Under the pieces are notes generated by a model. The model made no database searches. It was not told the DNA's origin and saw only the letters and a program-made list of their open reading frames with translations. This document shows positions 6,695 to 12,894 of a stretch of DNA of 12,894 bases, one piece after another. Positions within the stretch are counted from its first letter, which is position 1; every line of letters starts with the position of its first letter. Made by a program: the position numbers and the translations under genes. Source of the stretch: Candidatus Sysuimicrobiota bacterium (lineage in GTDB: Bacteria; Sysuimicrobiota; Sysuimicrobiia; Sysuimicrobiales; Sysuimicrobiaceae); the NCBI GenBank assembly GCA_040289515.1, contig PSLI01000047.1:1-12894 (forward strand). Reading direction: 5' to 3'.

Positions 6695-7498
6695 TCACCC
6701 CGCGCGCCTCCACGGCCACGGGGTCGCGGGCCGGGCGGGGGTGGGGGCCAGGAGCCGGAGCAGTTCGGCCCGCACCTCCTCCTCCTGCAGGCCGCGGGTC
6801 AGAGCCCCCTCTCGGGCCAGGGACACCGTGCCCGTCTCCTCGGATACCACCACGGCCACCGCGTCCGTGCCCTCCGTGATGCCTACCGCGGCACGGTGCC
6901 GGGTGCCCAGGGCCCGGCTCAGCAGGGGACTGTCGCTCAGCGGCAGCACGCAGCCCGCGGCCAGCACGCGGTTGCCCCGTACCATCACCGCCCCATCGTG
7001 CATGGGCGTGTTGGGGTGGAAGATGTTGAGCAGCAGCGGCACGCTCAGCAAAGCGTCCAGCCGGATGCCCGTTTCCGCGAAGTCTGCTAACCCCGTGCGG
7101 CGCTCCAGCACGATGAGAGCACCGTAGCGGCGCTCCGCCAGCACCCGGGCGGCGCGGGCCACGTCGTGGGCCAGACGCAGGGCCACCTCCCGCTCCAGGG
7201 CGCTGGGCGGCCACAGGAGGCGCCCGCGTCCGATCTGCTCCAGGATCCTACGCAGCTCCGGCTGGAACAGGACCAGCAGGGCCACGGGGATGATGGCCCC
7301 CAGGTAGCCCAAGATGGCTTGGAGGGTGTGCAGACCCAGGGCGCTGGCGGCCGCGTACACCACGAACAGCACTCCCATCCCCTGCACCAGCTGCACGGCC
7401 CGCGTGCCGCGGATGAGCAGCATCAGCTGGTAAATCACGAACGCCACGATGGCGATGTCCACCAGGTCGTTGGGCCGTACGGCCACGGGCAAGAACAC
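6695..7498 (-). CDS. cdaA: Membrane-bound diadenylate cyclase (CdaA/DacA)
   Basis: 267 aa. Three N-terminal TM helices, IRGTRAVQL, FQPELRRILEQIGR, and DAC motifs HDGA, LGTRHRAA and VSEETG. RBS GGAGGGAG. Confidence 0.97.
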   Translation of the reverse strand: MFLPVAVRPNDLVDIAIVAFVIYQLMLLIRGTRAVQLVQGMGVLFVVYAAASALGLHTLQAILGYLGAIIPVALLVLFQPELRRILEQIGRGRLLWPPSALEREVALRLAHDVARAARVLAERRYGALIVLERRTGLADFAETGIRLDALLSVPLLLNIFHPNTPMHDGAVMVRGNRVLAAGCVLPLSDSPLLSRALGTRHRAAVGITEGTDAVAVVVSEETGTVSLAREGALTRGLQEEEVRAELLRLLAPTPARPATPWPWRRAG

Positions 7499-7511
7499 CT
7501 GCTCCCTCCGC

Positions 7512-8444
7512 TTAAAGAACGAGGGCTAGCAGCGCTTTCTGCACGTGCAGCCGGTTCTCCGCCTGGTCCAGGACCGCCGACTGCGGCCCGTCCAGCACCT
7601 CGTCCGTGATCTCCTCCCCCCGGTGAGCGGGCAGGCAGTGCAGCACCACCGCGTGGGGGTGGGCCCGGCCCAGCAGCTCCCGGCTCACCTGGTAAGCCTG
7701 GAAGGCCCGGCGCCGCTCCTCCCGCTGCGCCTCCTGCCCCATGCTGGTCCACACGTCGGTATACACCACGTGGACGCCCGCCACAGCCTCCCGGGGGTCC
7801 GTGAGGACCCGGATGGAGCCACCCCACCGCGCCGCCTCCGCCTGCGCGGCGGCCACCACCTGGGGATCCGGTCCGTAGCTGGGCGGGGTCGCCACGGTCA
7901 CGGACAGCCCCACCCGGGAAGCAGCCAGCAGAAAGGAGTGGCAGACGTTGTTCCCGTCCCCCACCCAGGCGGCCTGCACTCCCGCGAAACCCCCGAAGCG
8001 CTCCTCCACCGTCAGCAGATCGCCCAGGGCCTGGCACGGATGCTCGTGGTCCGACAGGGCGTTGATCACGGGCACGCTGGCAGCCTGCGCCAGCTCCACC
8101 ACCGTGGCGTGGCGGTTTACCCGCGCCGCGATGCCGTCCACCCACCGGGACAGGTTGCGGGCAACGTCCGGCACCGTCTCCCGGACCCCCAGCTGCACGT
8201 CCTGCGGGGCCAGGTACACGCAAAAGCCTCCCAGCTGCCGCACCCCCACCTCGAAGGTGACCCGGGTGCGCAGGGAGGGCGTCTCAAACAGCAGCGCCAC
8301 CGTCTTGCCACCGAGCAGCTCGTGGCGGATCCCGGCTCGGTGCTCCCGCTTCAGGTGGCGGGCCACGTCCAGGACCTGCCGGACCTCCTCCGCAGACAGG
8401 TCCCGGATGCTGACCACGTCACGTCCCCGAAGGCTGCCGCCCAT
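7512..8444 (-). CDS. argF: Ornithine carbamoyltransferase
   Basis: 310 aa from ATG 8444 with RBS AAGGGAGGA. Carbamoyl-phosphate motifs SLRTR and HPCQ, GDGNNV, ornithine-binding DVWTSMG and HCLP, and QAENRLH. Confidence 0.96.
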   Translation of the reverse strand: MGGSLRGRDVVSIRDLSAEEVRQVLDVARHLKREHRAGIRHELLGGKTVALLFETPSLRTRVTFEVGVRQLGGFCVYLAPQDVQLGVRETVPDVARNLSRWVDGIAARVNRHATVVELAQAASVPVINALSDHEHPCQALGDLLTVEERFGGFAGVQAAWVGDGNNVCHSFLLAASRVGLSVTVATPPSYGPDPQVVAAAQAEAARWGGSIRVLTDPREAVAGVHVVYTDVWTSMGQEAQREERRRAFQAYQVSRELLGRAHPHAVVLHCLPAHRGEEITDEVLDGPQSAVLDQAENRLHVQKALLALVL

Positions 8445-8515
8445 GCTTCCTCCCTTTCGCAGGCGCGTGGTGGAGGAGTTCTGCACGGTGCCCCGTCAGT
8501 CCTGTGCCGGGGAGC

Positions 8516-11245
8516 CTAACCCGTGGTCTGCAGCCCCGCGGCGATCCCGTTGACGGTCCGGTGCAGCAGCTCCGCCACCTGGGGGTCCTCGGGATGGGCC
8601 CGGCGCTCCCGCAGCAGGCGCACCTGCAGGTAGCTGATCGGGTCCACGTAGGGGTTGCGCAGCCGCACGGACCGTTGCAAGATGGGCGAGTTGTCCAGCA
8701 GCTCCCGCTGACCCGTGAGCTCCAGCACCCGCTGGACGGTGACCTCGTACTCCTCCCGGATGCGGCAGTACAGGCGCTCCCGCACGGGCTCGTCCACCAG
8801 CTCCGCGTACAGCCGCGCTACCTCGAGGTCCGCGGTGCCCAAACTGATCTGGGCATTGTCCACCACGGACCGGAAGAAGGGCCACGCCGCGTACATGGCC
8901 CGCAGCTCCGCCATGGCCCCGGGGGTTTCCCGGGCGAATCCGTCCAGGGCGCTTCCCAAGCCGTACCAGCCGGGCAGGTTGGTGCGGGTCTGCGTCCAGG
9001 CGAACACCCAGGGGATGGCGCGCAGATCCTCCACCCGTCCGAAGCCCGTGCGGGACGCGGGCCTTGACGCCATGGTGGTGCGGCCGATCTCCTCGATGGG
9101 GGTGGCCTGCACGAAGTAACGCGGGAAGTCCGGGTCGTCCACCAGGGCCCGGTAGGCTCTCCGGCTGTCCTCGGCCAGGTCATCCATGATCGCCTCCCAC
9201 CGACGCAGGGCCTCGGGGTCCTGCGTGGGGGTTGGCGCCAGGGCGGCCCGCAGGACGGCCCCGGTGAGCTGTTCCAGGTGGCGACGCGCGATGCGCGGGT
9301 TGCCGTAGCGTGCTGCCAGCACCTCGCCCTGCTCCGTGAGCTTGAGCCTCCCCTCCCTCGCCGCCTCCGAGGGCTGGGCCAGGATGGCGCGCTCCGTGGG
9401 TCCGCCGCCCCGGCCGATGGCGCCCCCACGGCCGTGGAACAATCGCAGGCTGCAGCCGTGGCGGCGCGCCACCTCCGGCAGGACCTTCTGCGCCCGGTAC
9501 AGGGCCCAGTTGGCTGCCAGGTACCCGCCGTCCTTGTTGCTGTCGGAGTACCCCAGCATCACCTCCTGCACGTCCCCCCACGCCCTCAGGTGGGCGCGGT
9601 AGGCGGGGGTACGCAGCAGCTGGTCAAGGATGTACCCACAGCGCCGCAGCTCCTCCACGCGTTCAAACAGGGGCACCACCTGCAGCCGGCTCGTGACCCC
9701 CTCGCCCTGCCGTCGGTACAGACCCGCCAAGCTGGCCAGCCACAGCACCTCCAGCACGTCGCTTGCAGACTCCGTGAGGCTCACGATGTACGTGCAGCAC
9801 GCTTCCAGGCCGAAACGCTCCTGCCACCGCGGCAGGGCCCGGAACAGCCGCACCACCTCCGCGGCCTCCGGGTCCTCCGGCTCCACCTCCAGGGCAGGGG
9901 CGTCCAGGAGCCGTTCCAGCAGGCTAGAGCGCTGCTCCTCGGGCAGGCCCAGGTAGTCGTCCGCCACACCGGCTCTGCGGAGCAGGTGAGCCACCGTGCG
10001 GCCGTGCACCTCGCTGGCCTGGCGCAAATCCAAACTGGCGAAGTGGAAGCCGAAGGTGTGGACCCGTACCACCAGGTCCTGCAGGCGGCCCCGGGCCAGA
10101 CGGCGCCCCCGGTGCGCTTCCAGGCTGCGCTGCAGGACTTCTAGGTCCTGCAACAGGGCGCCGGGCGCTGCGTACCCTCCCGGCAGATACTGCAGCGTGC
10201 GCCGCAAGCGCTCCCGCACCACCCACAGCTTGCGGCGGTACGGCTCGGTGGCGGGAGGGAAGTCGGGCTGCAGGCGCAGGTGCGGGAACCTTTCCAGGTC
10301 GCGCTGCAAGGATTCTGCCAGTTCGCTACTCACCCCCGCCCGACGTGCCGACACAGCCAGTTCCCGGGCCAGGACGTCCACCTCCTCAAGGTACAGATGC
10401 AGCACCCGCTCCCGCTGCAGCTCGAGGGTCCGCTCGGTAACCTCCACCGTCACCAGGGGATGCCCGTCCCGGTCCGCCCCCATCCACGAGCCGAAACGCA
10501 GAAACGGGCGTACCGCCCCCTGTGCCTCGGGCGCGTAGTGCTCCACCGCCTCCTGCAGGTCCCGGAACAGGACCGGGGCCACCCGCCACGCGCTGCGCTC
10601 CAGGTAGTACAGGCCGCCCAGCACCTCGTCCAGGGGTGTGGGCCGGCGGGCGCGCACATCGTCCACCTGCCACACAGCTGTGATCTCCGCCAGCAGGCCG
10701 TCCAGGGCCCTGCGGCGTTCCTGAGGGGTGGACTCGGCGTCGTTGAGGACCTCCAGCAGGTCCGCCACCGCCCTCAGGTGGACCATTACCGCGGCCCGGC
10801 GCGCCTCCGTGGGGTGCGCGGTGAACACCGGGCCCACCTCCAGGCCTTCCAGCAGGGAAGCCACCCGTCCGGCGGGAACCCCTTCCGCCCGCAGGGCTCT
10901 CAACGCCGCGGCCACGGACTCCGGCCGCGGTGCCGGATCTCCGCGGATCTCCCGATCCCGCAGGGTGCGCAGGCGGTGGTGCTCTTCGGCCAGGTTGATG
11001 AGGTGGAAGTACAGGGTAAAGGCGCGGATCACCGCATCCGCCTCCGCCAGGTCCAGGGATCCCACCAAATCCCGGAAGGCGCGTTCCCGCTCCGGCGATG
11101 GGTCGGTCCTCCGGGCGATGGCCAGCCGGCGGATGGCCTCCACCCGCTCCAGCAGCTGCGGGCCACCTTGCTCCTGCAACACCTGCCCCAGGAGGCTGCC
11201 CAGCAGCCGCACGTCCTCCCGGAGGCGTTCGATGGGGACGCGCAC
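8516..11245 (-). CDS. ppc: Phosphoenolpyruvate carboxylase (bacterial type)
   Basis: 909 aa. VFTAHPTE, SWMGADRDG, QEVMLGYSDSNKDGG, FHGRGGAIGRGGGP, TEQGE, SRPASR, LRAIPWVFAWTQ, LRNPY and C-terminal GIAAGLQTTG. Confidence 0.98.
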   Translation of the reverse strand: MRVPIERLREDVRLLGSLLGQVLQEQGGPQLLERVEAIRRLAIARRTDPSPERERAFRDLVGSLDLAEADAVIRAFTLYFHLINLAEEHHRLRTLRDREIRGDPAPRPESVAAALRALRAEGVPAGRVASLLEGLEVGPVFTAHPTEARRAAVMVHLRAVADLLEVLNDAESTPQERRRALDGLLAEITAVWQVDDVRARRPTPLDEVLGGLYYLERSAWRVAPVLFRDLQEAVEHYAPEAQGAVRPFLRFGSWMGADRDGHPLVTVEVTERTLELQRERVLHLYLEEVDVLARELAVSARRAGVSSELAESLQRDLERFPHLRLQPDFPPATEPYRRKLWVVRERLRRTLQYLPGGYAAPGALLQDLEVLQRSLEAHRGRRLARGRLQDLVVRVHTFGFHFASLDLRQASEVHGRTVAHLLRRAGVADDYLGLPEEQRSSLLERLLDAPALEVEPEDPEAAEVVRLFRALPRWQERFGLEACCTYIVSLTESASDVLEVLWLASLAGLYRRQGEGVTSRLQVVPLFERVEELRRCGYILDQLLRTPAYRAHLRAWGDVQEVMLGYSDSNKDGGYLAANWALYRAQKVLPEVARRHGCSLRLFHGRGGAIGRGGGPTERAILAQPSEAAREGRLKLTEQGEVLAARYGNPRIARRHLEQLTGAVLRAALAPTPTQDPEALRRWEAIMDDLAEDSRRAYRALVDDPDFPRYFVQATPIEEIGRTTMASRPASRTGFGRVEDLRAIPWVFAWTQTRTNLPGWYGLGSALDGFARETPGAMAELRAMYAAWPFFRSVVDNAQISLGTADLEVARLYAELVDEPVRERLYCRIREEYEVTVQRVLELTGQRELLDNSPILQRSVRLRNPYVDPISYLQVRLLRERRAHPEDPQVAELLHRTVNGIAAGLQTTG

Positions 11246-11278
11246 GGTTCTGTGTGACCCTCGTAGGCTTTGCTCAGG

Positions 11279-11308
11279 AGCTTAGCGGAGCCTGCCGGTC
11301 GGAGTCGA
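11279..11308 (-). promoter_or_regulatory. Possible promoter for ppc
   Basis: TCGACT - 18 nt - TAAGCT in the 69-nt gap between the kinase stop and the ppc GTG. Only a moderate consensus match. Confidence 0.3.
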
Positions 11309-11314
11309 GGGCCG

Positions 11315-12263
11315 TCAGGCCTCGCGGCCTGTGTGGCGGGCCAGGAAGCCCTCTACCTGTTCACGGGTGGGCAGGGCCGTGGTGGCACCCACACCCGGGG
11401 TGACCAGGGCCCCGACCGCGTTGGCGAACCGCGCCACCTCCTCTAACGATCGGCCCGCGAGCCACTCCACCACGAAGGCGGCGTCGAAGGCGTCTCCCGC
11501 ACCCGTGGGGCCTACCGCGTGCACCGGCCAGGCGGGTACGGTCAGCCGCTCGCCCTCCGCCGTGGCCACCACGCAGCCGCGCTCCGCGCACTTCAACACC
11601 GCCACCCGCATACCCGCGTCGACCACCGCCTGCAGGGTCTCTGTCTCGTGCCGGTCACCCAACACGTACCGGGCGTCCTCCGTGCTGAGGAAGGCCAGGT
11701 CCACCAGGGGGAGCGTCTCCAGCACCAGCACGCGGAAGCGTTCCACGGGCAACAGCTTGGGCCGCACGTTCAGGTCGTAGCTCACCACCACGCCCTTGCG
11801 CCGCGCCCGCTCCATGGCCCAGCACACCGCCTCCCGTGCCGAGGCGGAAGTGGCCTGGCTGATCCCGCTGGTATGCAGCAGGCGCGCCCCCTCCACGGCC
11901 TCCACGGGCACCTCCCGGGCCGACAGACGGCTGGCTGCCGATCCCGCTCGGTAGTACGCGTGAGATGGCTCGTGCCCTTTTCGTCGCACGCAGGAAGTAG
12001 ATGCCCGTGGGCTCGTCCCGAGCCACCTGTACGTAACAGGTGAGCACACCCTCGTGTTGCCACATCCGCAGGAGGGCCCGGCCGAACTCGTCGTCGCCCA
12101 CCCGGGTGACGTACCCCACTTGGGCACCCACGCGCGCGGCGGCCACGGCGAAGTTAGAGGTATCCCCGCCGAAGCCGCGCCGGTACGTGGCGGCGTCCTC
12201 CAGGGAGCCGCCTACCGCGGCGAACTCCACCAGGGGCTCGCCCAGGGAGATCAGGTCCGCCAC
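11315..12263 (-). pseudogene. PfkB-family sugar kinase (2-keto-3-deoxygluconate kinase-like), frameshifted
   Basis: The N-terminal part (GTG 12263: ADLISLGEPLVEF...GFGGDTSNFAVAAAR...VGDDEFG...PTGIYFL) is in the frame of ORF 11655..12872. The C-terminal part (YYRAGSAASRL, LHTSGISQA, SYDLNVRPKL, TGAGDAF, FANAVGAL) is in the frame of ORF 11315..12127. Removing 1 nt near 11960-11990 restores a 315-aa protein. Confidence 0.85.
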
Positions 12264-12270
12264 GCCGCCC

Positions 12271-12894
12271 TCACGCTTCCGGCTGGCCGCGCCCGACCGC
12301 GCCCTGTGACAGCCGTGGGCTCGTTCCCCCGCGAGGCGCCGGCCGGGACTCCTCGGGCCCGGTACGGCCTCGCGCCACGGCATGACGCGGACGCCGGCCT
12401 CGGCGAGGCGGTCGAGGCGCTGACGGTGCTCCAGTGCCCACAAGCGTAGCGCCAGAGCCTCCGCGGGGCTGCGCGCGGGCACGGCATCGCCTGGTGCAAC
12501 GTAGAGCGCGAGCGCCTCGAACCCCCGCGCCCGAAGCTCCGCGAGCACGGCGTCGATCCGCGGGTCGACCAGTGACGTGATCGCGACCACCAGCGCCCGG
12601 GGTGGCAGGATGCGTCGCGGCACGAAGCGGAGATCCTTGCGGACGAAGGCGGGGACCACCGAGGCGTCGCGCAGCCGCCGCAGCAGCCGCCAGGCTTGCC
12701 AGCGGCCGTGGCCCGGTCCCACCCAGTCCAGCACGCCCCCGTAGCGGATCATGCCCACGCGGTGGCCGGACGCCAGCAGGTCCAGGCCCAGCGCAGCCGC
12801 CACCCGCACGCAAGCGTCGAGCGTGGTGGCACCGTCCTCGCCGTGGTTGGCCAGCTCGTCAAGCGGGAGCACGGCCTCGACGTTGCGGAGGGCG
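12271..12894 (-). CDS. C-terminal part of a DUF58-like protein (truncated by the window edge; 3' end irregular)
   Basis: Frame open from the edge: ALRNVEAVLPLD...AAALGLDLLASGHRVGMIRYGGVLDWVGPGHG...LPPRALVVAITSLVDPR...LRARG. This resembles the vWA-like C-terminal half of DUF58 proteins. There is no stop in this frame before the kinase start, so the end coordinate uses the alternative-frame TGA at 12273-12271. Confidence 0.7.

Noticed and set aside
4059..7127. Long plus-strand ORFs (4059..5405, 5171..7090, 6084..7127) and similar ones elsewhere
   Set aside because: Antisense shadows of well-supported minus-strand genes, expected in GC-rich DNA; no motifs or RBS support.
8265..8285. SLRTR instead of STRTR, suggesting an N-acetyl- or N-succinyl-ornithine transcarbamylase
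   Set aside because: The ornithine-binding DxxxSMG and HCLP motifs and the 310-aa length fit an ordinary OTCase.
1..12894. Mobile elements, CRISPR arrays or tandem repeats
   Set aside because: No transposase or integrase ORFs, terminal inverted repeats or regularly spaced repeats were seen by eye.

Overview
High-GC bacterial chromosomal window in which every supportable gene is on the minus strand. In transcription order (right to left): partial DUF58-like gene, frameshifted PfkB/KdgK-like sugar kinase, PEP carboxylase (ppc), ornithine carbamoyltransferase (argF), the cdaA-cdaR-glmM c-di-AMP module, a VanZ-like membrane protein, a ~490-nt intergenic region, bifunctional fructose-1,6-bisphosphate aldolase/phosphatase (class V FBPase), glmS, and the start of a membrane-anchored protein. 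The main find is a complete glmS ribozyme (3415-3605) that I could fold by hand, including two extra hairpins. It does not sit directly in front of glmS. It leads an fbp-glmS unit, which suggests that GlcN6P feedback controls both gluconeogenic synthesis of Fru6P and its amination. Secondary finds are a PEP carboxylase with two of the four canonical aspartate-binding residues replaced, a perfect Shine-Dalgarno sequence just 5' of the ribozyme cleavage site, and frameshift damage at the right end. No mobile elements, CRISPR arrays, tRNAs or rRNAs were seen. All calls come from manual reading of motifs; no database searches were run.
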